64,000 nucleotides of DNA, taken from positions 8,739-72,738 of the IMG/VR virus record IMGVR_UViG_3300032053_000049; one strand, written 5' to 3'. Made by a program: the position numbers and the translations under genes. Source of the DNA: a virus. The notes beneath the pieces are model-generated. The model saw only the letters and a program-made list of their open reading frames with translations, did not search any database and was not told the origin of the DNA. Shown in pieces: positions 41,793 to 51,515 of this stretch (its first letter is position 1; every line of letters starts with the position of its first letter).

Positions 41793-43754
41793 TCAAAGGC
41801 AACTACCGCGTATATCTTTTTCCGGATATTTGCATTCCCAGATACTCGGATCTATTGAGGGGTACACCATGTCATTTTGCGTAGCTGCTTGAATATCGTA
41901 GGAAATTGGTGAATAGTTATCCCCATTAGTAGTTAATGGAGTAAGATTTTTAATGATTAATGATGCAACGGTTTGTACACCTTCTGTCTTAGCAATTTCT
42001 AATCTTAAACTACTCAAATTGATTGGTTGTGAGAATTCCCATTTATCGATATCAAAAAAGTTTTGAACTGCACCAATTGCATTTCCTAAAACTTCTTTTT
42101 TATTATATCCTTTATATACAGTGATGATAAATTCAACACCAATGTTTATAACATAACCATCAATTATATTAATTCCATCTGTTAACATTCTATATTGTTT
42201 CAAGTATGTTAAAAGATTAGAAATTAAAGCATCATTTGTTGTAGTTAAATTTTTATTACTATCATAAGTTAACACATATAAATTTATAGCAAATGGATTA
42301 CTTCTATCGTAAGCAATCTTACGAAAATAATTCTGAGTATTATTATTGATAACAGTAGCAACATTATTTTGATCCACGGTTCCTACTAAAATTTGATTTT
42401 GATTTACATCCAAACTATTATAAGTAATTACTTGAGCTTTTGATACCGTTCCGTATTTTGGAGGCAATGAATATACTCTAGTTAAATAGTCATTTTGAGT
42501 GACAATTCGGTTTTGAGCAGCAAACATAGCAATAGCATTTTGCTTAATTTCTTCATTTTCTTCCGGACCTTTACCTCCTGTAGTGGCTTCTTCATTATTT
42601 ACTCTCAACGAAGTTTTAACTGTATTTAATAAATTTACTTCTTCAGGAGCTAAACCTTCGGTAGTATTGTCAATCTCAACATTACCTATATTAATAACAG
42701 AATTAGAGGGTGAATTAGACTCCAAACCTCCTCCTATAGTATACGTTACTGTTAAAGTAGTATTATTAGGAGCAAGACCATATGTATCATTTTTTAAAAA
42801 ATTGGATGGATCAAGAGATAGATTAAGAGCAGTAAGATTAGTGAGTCCTACCCCCACCTTTTCAGAACTTAAATTAATAATTTCGTCAGCAAAACCATTA
42901 GTACCTCCTCCGAATTCTAAAAATGTTCTATTATTTTCATCTACATTTATTGTAAATCTACGAGAAGTTTTCAAATATTTTAAAATATAAGGCACAGATC
43001 CTTTATATTGAGAAAGAGATCCTTCAAAAGCATCGTTATTTGGAACCCCATATAACACATTTTCTTGTGCCAGAAAATCTACTTCGTACCACTTGTTATT
43101 ATCGGAATCTGTCACACTTATGATCTCTATAACATTCTCTTCATCGAGATACAAATCTAAAAATGATTGCATTTCTCCAACTACGAACTGTTTAGTAACA
43201 GTTTTTCCAGATCGAATATGTGCCGACTTTTGAAGTAAGAAATAAATAGGAACATTTGTATTATCTCTTGAATACACGGTTTGTATAAGAGGAGATATTG
43301 CTGTATTTACAGAAAAATTTATTGGTTCTGATGTTAAAAATGATTGACCAGAATTATTTGTGACCTGCATATTTTCTTTAATATTCAAACAAAATTTTGA
43401 ATCTGGAACATAATTTCCATTGTCATCTGTAATAGATGGACAAAGTTGATATATGTTAATTTTACCGGTGGCTCCTCTAGTAGGTTTAACTTTGTAGTTT
43501 AAATATCTCGACAAAGAAATTATATTTTTTCTTTCCTGAGTATTAATAAATAAACTTTCTTTAAAAATATAATCTGTATAATATGATAAAACGTCTCCAA
43601 CATAAGATGCCATATCTATAAACATAAGACCTGGTGATGCATCTGTGAAATCTTTATAAGTATTTGGATAATAATACTTTGCGAAATTTATCAATCCATC
43701 TCTAAATGAAGCAAAATCTCTATTAAGATATCTTATATCTTTACTTTGAGGCAA
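41793..43754 (-). CDS. Baseplate wedge protein (T4 gp6 / baseplate J-like)
   Basis: YLNRDF...DF.DASPGLMFIDMASYVGDVLSYY, AQNRIVTQNDY; no ATG start (see findings). Confidence 0.85.
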   Translation of the reverse strand: MPQSKDIRYLNRDFASFRDGLINFAKYYYPNTYKDFTDASPGLMFIDMASYVGDVLSYYTDYIFKESLFINTQERKNIISLSRYLNYKVKPTRGATGKINIYQLCPSITDDNGNYVPDSKFCLNIKENMQVTNNSGQSFLTSEPINFSVNTAISPLIQTVYSRDNTNVPIYFLLQKSAHIRSGKTVTKQFVVGEMQSFLDLYLDEENVIEIISVTDSDNNKWYEVDFLAQENVLYGVPNNDAFEGSLSQYKGSVPYILKYLKTSRRFTINVDENNRTFLEFGGGTNGFADEIINLSSEKVGVGLTNLTALNLSLDPSNFLKNDTYGLAPNNTTLTVTYTIGGGLESNSPSNSVINIGNVEIDNTTEGLAPEEVNLLNTVKTSLRVNNEEATTGGKGPEENEEIKQNAIAMFAAQNRIVTQNDYLTRVYSLPPKYGTVSKAQVITYNSLDVNQNQILVGTVDQNNVATVINNNTQNYFRKIAYDRSNPFAINLYVLTYDSNKNLTTTNDALISNLLTYLKQYRMLTDGINIIDGYVINIGVEFIITVYKGYNKKEVLGNAIGAVQNFFDIDKWEFSQPINLSSLRLEIAKTEGVQTVASLIIKNLTPLTTNGDNYSPISYDIQAATQNDMVYPSIDPSIWECKYPEKDIRGSCL

Positions 43755-43785
43755 AAATGATTTTTGGGTTGTAGAAGAAATAAAA

Positions 43786-43968
43786 TTACCCTTCCCTTTC
43801 TAAAATATTCTTACATTGTTTATTAACAACATCATATCTCCAAAACTTTTTTGGTTTTAAAATGTTTATTATTTTTTCTTGTCTTACTAAATCTTTTTGT
43901 TTTTGTCTGTTATGATATTTTGAATCATATTCCAAAACAATATTTTTATTATATTTATCAGTCTCCAT
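43786..43968 (-). pseudogene. Remnant of endonuclease C-terminus
   Basis: LEYDSKYHN...KDLVRQ.KIINILKPKKFWRYD nearly identical to the end of 47991-48866; the catalytic DG motif and DNA-binding part are missing. Confidence 0.8.
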
Positions 43969-43970
43969 AT

Positions 43971-44384
43971 TTAATTATTTATAGTGATATTAATTGTATC
44001 CTGTTGTTTCGTCATATTCACTAAAAAAGTCACGGCTATATCTAATTTATAAATATCTTGATCGTGACTTATTTCGTCGGATGTATATAATGTAGAAGTT
44101 ACGTTTAATACGGTTACGTTTGGTATCCACATAGAAATATCTTCAGATATTATATTATTAGCTATATCTGATAGAGTATCTACGTTTTGTTCAAATGTTA
44201 TATTCCATAATCGACACCCAAATGTTGGTTGGAATCTTCTCTCACCTTGTCTGGTATTTAAAAGATTAATAATGTTAGTTTTTGTTTGGGTGATTGTATC
44301 ATACGATTGAGCAAAAAATCCATTATTTCCATTTTCAATGGGAATTGTTATACCAATAGGCTGTTGAGTTAATGTTATAGCCAT
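43971..44384 (-). CDS. Baseplate wedge subunit (T4 gp25-like)
   Basis: NIINLLNTRQGERRFQPTFGCRL...FEQ...WIP.V. Confidence 0.88.
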   Translation of the reverse strand: MAITLTQQPIGITIPIENGNNGFFAQSYDTITQTKTNIINLLNTRQGERRFQPTFGCRLWNITFEQNVDTLSDIANNIISEDISMWIPNVTVLNVTSTLYTSDEISHDQDIYKLDIAVTFLVNMTKQQDTINITINN

Positions 44385-44387
44385 AAA

Positions 44388-44987
44388 TTATCCAGACAAT
44401 ACAGTAGATGGATTAATAAGACCACCAGAACCATTTTTCTTTTGTTCATCGATTTTTCTTAATACCGCTCTAAAATCTTTCTTAAATACACCTTTTAATA
44501 CATCAGGAACAGCAGACGTTCCTAAAACTGATTGTTGTGGTGTTCCGGTCGTGGCTCCTTCAGAAACAATTTGTTTTAAAAATCCCATATTAGTTCCATC
44601 TGAAACTACTGGTTTTGGAAATTGTCGTTGTTCTTCATAAGCAACTTCATTTTCATCCCCCACCTTATCAAATCCACCATCCAACAACTCAGCTAAACTT
44701 GTTCCTGAATTTGCTACTCTTTGTAAAGGTTTAAAATTTCTAGCTGTCTCAGCCAATACCGAATTTAATCTAGGATTATTAGTATAAATTGGAGTTACTG
44801 TCGGTATAGATTCAACGTCTTCTGTTTGTTTAGATGGTTTTCGTGATTCTTTTAAAACCTCAACCAGTATTTTCCCCATAGCCTTATTTATTTCAGAAGA
44901 TACTTCTTCTCTGATCTGTTGACGAATCTTATTCATCTTTCTTTCTACCAATTTATCAATCATTTTTATTAAATCTTGTGCTTTCAT
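44388..44987 (-). CDS. Hypothetical protein
   Basis: 199-aa ORF in operon. Confidence 0.65.
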   Translation of the reverse strand: MKAQDLIKMIDKLVERKMNKIRQQIREEVSSEINKAMGKILVEVLKESRKPSKQTEDVESIPTVTPIYTNNPRLNSVLAETARNFKPLQRVANSGTSLAELLDGGFDKVGDENEVAYEEQRQFPKPVVSDGTNMGFLKQIVSEGATTGTPQQSVLGTSAVPDVLKGVFKKDFRAVLRKIDEQKKNGSGGLINPSTVLSG

Positions 44988-44989
44988 AA

Positions 44990-46615
44990 TTATCTTTTAT
45001 CTTGACCTTTCCATCCTCCAGGGACACCAGTACCAGATAATACTCCTATACTTACAGGAGAAACACCATCAGTAATGTTTCCACCATTTTTACCAGGAGC
45101 AAACCCTCCTCCGGTCGTAAATACTCTTCTACTCATTAAAATATCCAATTTATCTCTAAGAGTTTTAAGTGATTCGGCCTGTACTGTAACCTGAGTTTTA
45201 TCAGCTTGAGGTCCACCAGTGGTCCCCCCCTGAGCATCAGGATGAGTATGAGTATACCAATGTGTGTGAGATAATAACCACTCACACAAATCATACAGCC
45301 AATTTACAGACGTTTGTCCCAATAAAATTGGTTCATCTGTCACATTATACTCTCCTAAATAAATAGCCGGAGAATTTATGACAGTCTTGTTATTTGTGGT
45401 AATTACTATTTGGTTATGAGCATCAACAGTAAATTCGCCATCGGTTACAAATGCTATTCTTTTCTTAGCAAATTGAAACATTTCTGCACTTTTGGCCGAA
45501 ATTACAATTCTATCACTATTCATAACAATTTGATCACCAATAGCAGGACTTGGATATATAAAAAAAGTAGATCCTCTAGGCTGAAATGATGGTTGTTCTT
45601 CCCCAGTTCCCCACATTTTTTTATAACAAGTAGTCAAAAAAAGACTTGGTGTAACTCCAGAAGTCATATGAATAGAAGATCCATCATTATTTATATCTTC
45701 TATCATATATCCGCCTACGTTCTTCTCATCAGCATTATCCGTCAATGGTCTTTGACGATTTCGTATTAGAACCATAGGATTTCCTCCGCCGGCTTCCTGC
45801 ATTTTTCCGTTTAAATCTGTATATTTATTTCCAATTCCTTTGTAATCCGTATATCCTCCAAAAACGGAATTATAACCTTTATCATTTTTTCTATCATCAT
45901 CATACGCCCCAAATCTAATAGATTGACCGAATCTACTTTCTATAACCAAATCTCCCTCACGATGTTTTAAAGAACGAATATTTTTATTAAATAAAAAATA
46001 TCTTCCCAATACTCCTTGATATCCTTGGTTACCCTGTTTAGTGAATTTTGATTGTGGACCTATATATGATTGAAGAGAAACGTTTGGATTGGAATCTAAT
46101 ATTAATTCTCTATTTCCTTGAATTGGCGATAATCTATTAGCAGAAAATCCTCCAATAGATTGTTCTATAGAAAAATCGGCATTAACATTTGGAAGATTAA
46201 ACATATTAATCTTTCTAGTATAATAATATTTCCCCAAATATTGAATTATACCGACAATCTCATTTAATAATGGATATTCTAAAATATTAGATTCTAATGG
46301 ATAAGCCCATATTAAATCTTCCTTTTCGGACATTTGTTGACTATAATATAATCTAACTAAAGCCCTACCAACCCAAGTATAATCTAAATCTTTTGATTTT
46401 GCTAAATTTCCGTTTTTATCAGGAGGCCATTGAGTAGGATTTAATGTATGTTGAGGAAATTCTTGAAAATACTTATGACTTTTATCTAAAATTATATCTA
46501 ACACAACAGCAGGTTCCATTTCATAAAATTCTACTCTTTTTTGTGAAGGATTATTGAAGATAGTATTACTATCTAAATTTACAGATGCATTTTTTGGAGT
46601 ATTCCAGTAAGGCAT
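44990..46615 (-). CDS. Baseplate hub/central spike protein (gp5/gpV-like)
   Basis: EGDLVIESRFGQSIRFG, QIVMNSDRIVISAK beta-helix, SPAIYLG, His-rich tip HTHWYTHTHP. Confidence 0.72.
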   Translation of the reverse strand: MPYWNTPKNASVNLDSNTIFNNPSQKRVEFYEMEPAVVLDIILDKSHKYFQEFPQHTLNPTQWPPDKNGNLAKSKDLDYTWVGRALVRLYYSQQMSEKEDLIWAYPLESNILEYPLLNEIVGIIQYLGKYYYTRKINMFNLPNVNADFSIEQSIGGFSANRLSPIQGNRELILDSNPNVSLQSYIGPQSKFTKQGNQGYQGVLGRYFLFNKNIRSLKHREGDLVIESRFGQSIRFGAYDDDRKNDKGYNSVFGGYTDYKGIGNKYTDLNGKMQEAGGGNPMVLIRNRQRPLTDNADEKNVGGYMIEDINNDGSSIHMTSGVTPSLFLTTCYKKMWGTGEEQPSFQPRGSTFFIYPSPAIGDQIVMNSDRIVISAKSAEMFQFAKKRIAFVTDGEFTVDAHNQIVITTNNKTVINSPAIYLGEYNVTDEPILLGQTSVNWLYDLCEWLLSHTHWYTHTHPDAQGGTTGGPQADKTQVTVQAESLKTLRDKLDILMSRRVFTTGGGFAPGKNGGNITDGVSPVSIGVLSGTGVPGGWKGQDKR

Positions 46616-46616
46616 A

Positions 46617-46985
46617 TTATTTCTTTTCTATTACTTGAATAACCGCATTATCAGATTTAGAAATAGAATCTAATTCCATCATAATAGATTTTCTTTCTTC
46701 TTCTGACAGGCCTATCCCACCCCCGGCCCTAACTTCTTCTTCAACAACTATGAGTTTTTGAATAATAGAGGCCAATCTAATTAAATGTTCATCATTAACA
46801 TTAGCTGCATTAATATAATCTTTTATAAATGGAATAATAAGAGGAGCATCGTCTATTTTAGTACACATCCTACGAAGGTCATTGATAAGTTGTTCGATTT
46901 GTTCTTTACGGTGCAATTGATTGCTGTAAATATCTTTACACAAAGACGAAAAACTTTTCCCAGGAAATAATTCAAAATCAGTCAT
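46617..46985 (-). CDS. Hypothetical protein
   Basis: 122 aa; TATTTATA at 46992-46999. Confidence 0.65.
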   Translation of the reverse strand: MTDFELFPGKSFSSLCKDIYSNQLHRKEQIEQLINDLRRMCTKIDDAPLIIPFIKDYINAANVNDEHLIRLASIIQKLIVVEEEVRAGGGIGLSEEERKSIMMELDSISKSDNAVIQVIEKK

Positions 46986-47115
46986 ATAACCTATAAATAG
47001 ATAGGATTATATATTATTGTAAAGTAAATTCTTCCAACACTTGAAAGATATTGGGTTTCAAGAAAGTTTTTATACTTTCAAAGAGTCCATTCCGACCCAC
47101 ATTTTTCCATTATAT

Positions 47116-47994
47116 TCAAACATATGTTTTAATCGTGTGAAGATAATTATTTACATCAACATTTCCATAATCTCTATATGAGATATATAAATTAGTTTGA
47201 TATTGCTTCATTTTATTTATTACTTTCGTAATTTGTTGAGTATGACAATTAGAAATTTCACGTATCATCAAATAAAGGGCTTTTTTATTAAATACTTCTA
47301 GTCGATTTGATCCACGAAACAACTCTATAACTGCATTAGCTATATCAAGATCACGTTGCTTTGTAAAGATTTTACCAACATTATTTTCCCAAAATCTAAC
47401 CATTAAATCCATAAATTCCATCATTTCAAATTCTTTATAATATTTATCTTCACTCTGAAGTTGAACGGTATGTTCATCTCTCTCCTCACTAATATCTACG
47501 TGTTGGTTAAATCTTTTATAGGTAGAATTATTTAAAGCAATAAGATAATGTTTAGCAATAATAGAAAAATAACTGAATGCTTTTCCTTTACCCTTTTCAA
47601 ATTTATGAATATTTGCAACAAGATGAGTGACCGTTTCTCTCTGAACTTCTAAAGGTCCTGTTTCGAAATAACTAAATTTAAAAGTATTGAATATACACTC
47701 AACAAGCTTCTCAAATGGATACTTTATCTTTTCATTATAAAGTTCTTCTCGTTTATTATGTTTTTCAGTTTTATTAAATTCAATAATTGCATCTTCTGTC
47801 ATTTGAGAAAAATAATTTAAACCTTTAGTTTTTTTTCTCCTAGTTTTTCTTACTTTAACTGGAAACAAATCTAATTTAATAATCTCTGGTCTTTTTATTT
47901 GTTTTTTATTTATTTTTTTGAATTTTAAAATTTTTTTAATAATTTTCTTTTTATGACTATATATTTTTTTATTTTTTTTAATAATCTTTTTCAT
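47116..47994 (-). CDS. Phage sigma-factor-like protein (T4 gp55-like late sigma)
   Basis: YF..TEDAI, PFEKLVE.I, region-2-like KFEKGKGKAFSYFSIIAKHYLI; basic N-terminal extension. Confidence 0.6.
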   Translation of the reverse strand: MKKIIKKNKKIYSHKKKIIKKILKFKKINKKQIKRPEIIKLDLFPVKVRKTRRKKTKGLNYFSQMTEDAIIEFNKTEKHNKREELYNEKIKYPFEKLVECIFNTFKFSYFETGPLEVQRETVTHLVANIHKFEKGKGKAFSYFSIIAKHYLIALNNSTYKRFNQHVDISEERDEHTVQLQSEDKYYKEFEMMEFMDLMVRFWENNVGKIFTKQRDLDIANAVIELFRGSNRLEVFNKKALYLMIREISNCHTQQITKVINKMKQYQTNLYISYRDYGNVDVNNYLHTIKTYV

Positions 47995-48866
47995 ATTTTA
48001 TTGATAAAATTTTCCAAAACATTGTTCCACAATTTATTTACCGAATCATATCGCCAAAATTTCTTTGGTTTAAGAATATTAATTATTTTTTGTTGTCTAA
48101 CCAAATCTTTTTTCTTTTGATATGAACAATTGTGATATTTAGAATCATATTCTAACGCCACATTGTGTTCTTTATCATAACCATCCAAATATGCTAAAAA
48201 ATCTATATTATTTGTGACCTGATAATTTATTTCAAAATTGAAACCTAACCGATTCCATTTTTCAATTAATTCCAACTGGCCACTATCCATTTTTGTTTTT
48301 AACCATGGCGTTTTGAACATAGATTCTATATATTTTTTTCTAATATCTGGTCTATGTAATGCCAATTTAATGCATTTAATTATATATTTTCTTTTTTGTG
48401 GATTTTTCCACATTTTTATAGATGACAAAGAAATTTCTTTTTTAGATTTGTCTGTATGCTTTTTTTTGCCTTTATTTTTTAATCCTATTTTACATTTCCA
48501 TTCTGAAGATATAATTCTTCCCTGTAGTCTTTTTGATATCAATTTTCCAAACCACTTCGGTCGCTTATGATTTCTCCAAGGATGATTTTTATTTTTTCTA
48601 GCTGAAATAGAAAGTTTTTCTTTATGTTCATCAGTAAGTGGTCTTCCCTTTTGTGATTTAATAATTTTTTCTATTGTAATTTTAGAATGATGCATGCCTA
48701 TTCTTTTGCAAAAATGACAAGTTCTATTTTTTTTAATAGATTGAATTACATAATTTTTACCACTTTTTGATTCTATTATATTTTTACATTTTGGACATTT
48801 TCTACACCAATTATTTAATTCGGTTTTCCAAATTAATCTTTTTTCTATTATTTCTTTTAAAATCAT
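47991..48866 (-). CDS. Free-standing homing-type endonuclease (NUMOD3-like)
   Basis: CPKC/CHFC, LTDEHKEKLS, YLDGYDKEHNVALEYDSKYH; ATGA overlaps with both neighbours. Confidence 0.8.
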   Translation of the reverse strand: MILKEIIEKRLIWKTELNNWCRKCPKCKNIIESKSGKNYVIQSIKKNRTCHFCKRIGMHHSKITIEKIIKSQKGRPLTDEHKEKLSISARKNKNHPWRNHKRPKWFGKLISKRLQGRIISSEWKCKIGLKNKGKKKHTDKSKKEISLSSIKMWKNPQKRKYIIKCIKLALHRPDIRKKYIESMFKTPWLKTKMDSGQLELIEKWNRLGFNFEINYQVTNNIDFLAYLDGYDKEHNVALEYDSKYHNCSYQKKKDLVRQQKIINILKPKKFWRYDSVNKLWNNVLENFINKI

Positions 48867-49171
48867 TTTTCCTTTGAAATTTCTTCATCTTCTTGAGTTA
48901 GTTCGTTGAGTTCTTGAAGTATGTTCAATATCTCAGCAAATGACTGGCCAACCTCATCATCTTTAGAAAAGATATTCTTATCATCTAGTTGTTTCATTGA
49001 AACATAAGTGGTAAGAATTCTGTCTTTTATTTTGAGGATTGTATCTTGATACATTTGTTCGTATGCGTCAGCTCTATTCATATGACGCATAGCAGCTATA
49101 TACAAGAGAATATTGGCAATAAGTGATGCTATTGAGATCACTCCCAAAACTACGGTTATTGTTATAAGCAT
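48863..49171 (-). CDS. Single-pass membrane protein
   Basis: Hydrophobic N-terminus; FSKDDEVG motif. Confidence 0.65.
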   Translation of the reverse strand: MLITITVVLGVISIASLIANILLYIAAMRHMNRADAYEQMYQDTILKIKDRILTTYVSMKQLDDKNIFSKDDEVGQSFAEILNILQELNELTQEDEEISKEK

Positions 49172-49177
49172 ATACTA

Positions 49178-49315
49178 TTATTCTTCTTCAAGATAAGGAT
49201 CGTCTTGAAACTCGATTATATATTCAACGGCTTCATTGACTGCATCCCAATCTTCTTCTTTAATGGCATTGCTTAATAATTTTGCTAGATATTCGAAGTC
49301 TGATTGATTCATCAT
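49178..49315 (-). CDS. Small acidic protein (45 aa)
   Basis: MMNQSDFEYLAKLLSNAIKEEDWDAVNEAVEYIIEFQDDPYLEEE fills the intergenic gap. Confidence 0.55.
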   Translation of the reverse strand: MMNQSDFEYLAKLLSNAIKEEDWDAVNEAVEYIIEFQDDPYLEEE

Positions 49316-49384
49316 CGAAATATATAGTATTAAAATTATTAAAATACCAATTTTATTTAATAATAGTACATTTTATTTGATTTG

Positions 49385-49675
49385 TCAAGCATCAAGTTTG
49401 AAATATTTTTTAAAAAAATCATTTATATGTTCTTGATCTCTTACCTTATGACTGTGTAATTGATTATCTGTACGAGCATCTGTTAAAACTTGAGGTTTTG
49501 GAATAGGATCAGTTTGAATTGCTGGTTCTTCTTGTTTGATTTCTTTTGAAGAATCAACTTCCTTTTCTACCACAGGTTCTATCGTAGTATTAGTTTGAAT
49601 CTCTGGCGGATCTTGTTCGATTTCTTTTTCTATATTAGGTTGAACTTCCACATCATTTTCTGTGGAATCAATCAT
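49385..49675 (-). CDS. Acidic/Pro-rich ORF, possibly the -1 frame extension of 49735-50571
   Basis: Frame is open upstream of its ATG back to the A9 tract at 49741-49749. Confidence 0.5.
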   Translation of the reverse strand: MIDSTENDVEVQPNIEKEIEQDPPEIQTNTTIEPVVEKEVDSSKEIKQEEPAIQTDPIPKPQVLTDARTDNQLHSHKVRDQEHINDFFKKYFKLDA

Positions 49676-49734
49676 TGTTTCTATAGAATTAGATTGAATT
49701 GCTACAGGTATTGAATCGACGTTTTTAGAATATT

Positions 49735-50571
49735 CTATTCTTTTTTTTTAACTATCTCATCTGGAATGTCTATGATATCATCATATACATTCTCATCCTC
49801 TTTTTTATAAATAGCCACATTGTAAGCCGCCACATTATAAGCTAATATTAAACAAATAGAAATTGGATCAAAAATAGTAACTATTGTTATAATAAACCAT
49901 TTGGCTACAACATCTAATGTTACTCCTAAAGAATCAGCAACAAATTTAAAGATTTGTATATCTTTATGGGAACTAGCACCAATTTTTAATTGATTTATTT
50001 TATCATTAATTTTTTGTATTTGATCAATATCGGTCTGAATTTTTGTATTTTCTTCTTTTATATTACTATCAGTATCCGACATTTGTTGTTGAACTTGTTT
50101 AAATTGAAGAGGATTTCGAAGAATAAATTCATTAGTTTGATTAGATTCTTGAGAAAATCTAAGTTTTATTAAAGTATCAATTCTTGTTTTTGATGATAGA
50201 ATATTATCTTGATAAAAAACTTTCTGATTTTCTGTGGTTTTTATTTTTTCTTGTATAATTCCATATTCTATAGATGTAGTTTGATATGCCTGAGAAAGAA
50301 ATCCAAATATACCGGCTGACGTGATTCCCATTATTATGGATGTAAATATTATTAAAAGAGTTTTAAGATAAAATTTACATTTTTTCCAATAACGATAAAG
50401 AAATGTTACTGACATTATTTTAGAAAATTCTAAAGATCCAGCCATAATAGCCGCTGATATTAAAGAACCACTAAAAAGAGTCGATATACCTATTATACTA
50501 AAAAATGCTGAAATACTAGCAGCTAATAAAGCAGAAATTACCAATAATATACCAAAATTTATTTTTATCAT
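49735..50571 (-). CDS. Multi-pass membrane protein with coiled coil
   Basis: Three N-terminal TM segments (SLEFSK, ITSAGIFGFLS), coiled coil, C-terminal TM with FDP. Confidence 0.75.
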   Translation of the reverse strand: MIKINFGILLVISALLAASISAFFSIIGISTLFSGSLISAAIMAGSLEFSKIMSVTFLYRYWKKCKFYLKTLLIIFTSIIMGITSAGIFGFLSQAYQTTSIEYGIIQEKIKTTENQKVFYQDNILSSKTRIDTLIKLRFSQESNQTNEFILRNPLQFKQVQQQMSDTDSNIKEENTKIQTDIDQIQKINDKINQLKIGASSHKDIQIFKFVADSLGVTLDVVAKWFIITIVTIFDPISICLILAYNVAAYNVAIYKKEDENVYDDIIDIPDEIVKKKE

Positions 50572-51515
50572 AATATATTATATTCTTGTATGAGTGGAAC
50601 ATTTTCATCTCCACATTTAAATTTATTCCAATCATTTTCCCAGATATATTTTACATTATATCCTAATCTATTTAAATTATAAAATCTAGAAAATGTATTA
50701 TCATATAATTCTTTAAATGATTTTTTTAAAATGGTATTAGTTTTGTTAAAATCAAACTTTTTAGGATTTCCGTGCCAAAAATCTCCAAGAAATTCATAAA
50801 TTGTATTTGTTTTTGGATCAAATCCATCTATGAAATAACCAAATACATTTTGTTGTCTATCATTTTTATTTACATCAACATAATCTAAAAATTCATTTTC
50901 ACCTTTTGAAGAAATAATATGTAATAATTTTTCATATCCACATTTTCTACATCCTCTTCCCATTAAATGACTATTAGGAATTTGAAAAAATGATCCATGC
51001 TTAGAACATATAATTTCAATTTTTGTTTTATAATTAATATAATTTATTTTAGAATAATCATATTTTAATCCATGTATTTCTTTTGATTTAATTAAAAAAT
51101 CTTTAACAGTTAATTTTTTATTTTTACTACATATTGAACATCCATACCCAGATAAATGATCACCGGGTCTTTGTAAAAATTCTCCATGAATTGGACAAAT
51201 AATTTTTATTTTTATATTTCTATTAATATAATTTATTTTAGAATAATTAAATTTATTATTATGAATTATTGATGCTTTTAAAATAAAATCTTGATCAGAC
51301 TTTCTACATATATTTCCTATTTTTTCATTTTTACACTTAGGACACCCACTTCCTCGTAAATGATGATTTGGTATTTGTAAAAATGATCCATGTTTTTTAC
51401 ATATTATTATCACTTTTTTATTAGAATATTCATAAATAATTTTAGAATAATTATATTTGTTACCATGAATTTTTCTAGATTTTTTAATAAATTCTCTTTT
51501 GGTCAATCTTTTCAT
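50568..51515 (-). CDS. Free-standing endonuclease with three DUF723-like Zn repeats
   Basis: Likely start MKRLTK at 51515; KY.YSKI.Y...IC..HG.F.Q.P..HL.G.GC..C repeats; IDGFDPKTNTIYEFLGDFWHG paralogous to 19653-20795. Confidence 0.82.
   Translation of the reverse strand: MKRLTKREFIKKSRKIHGNKYNYSKIIYEYSNKKVIIICKKHGSFLQIPNHHLRGSGCPKCKNEKIGNICRKSDQDFILKASIIHNNKFNYSKINYINRNIKIKIICPIHGEFLQRPGDHLSGYGCSICSKNKKLTVKDFLIKSKEIHGLKYDYSKINYINYKTKIEIICSKHGSFFQIPNSHLMGRGCRKCGYEKLLHIISSKGENEFLDYVDVNKNDRQQNVFGYFIDGFDPKTNTIYEFLGDFWHGNPKKFDFNKTNTILKKSFKELYDNTFSRFYNLNRLGYNVKYIWENDWNKFKCGDENVPLIQEYNIL

Noticed and set aside
50568-51515. Group I intron explanation for the endonuclease inside the membrane gene
   Set aside because: There is no non-coding space for a ribozyme core; both junctions are ATGA overlaps and the N-terminus is duplicated.
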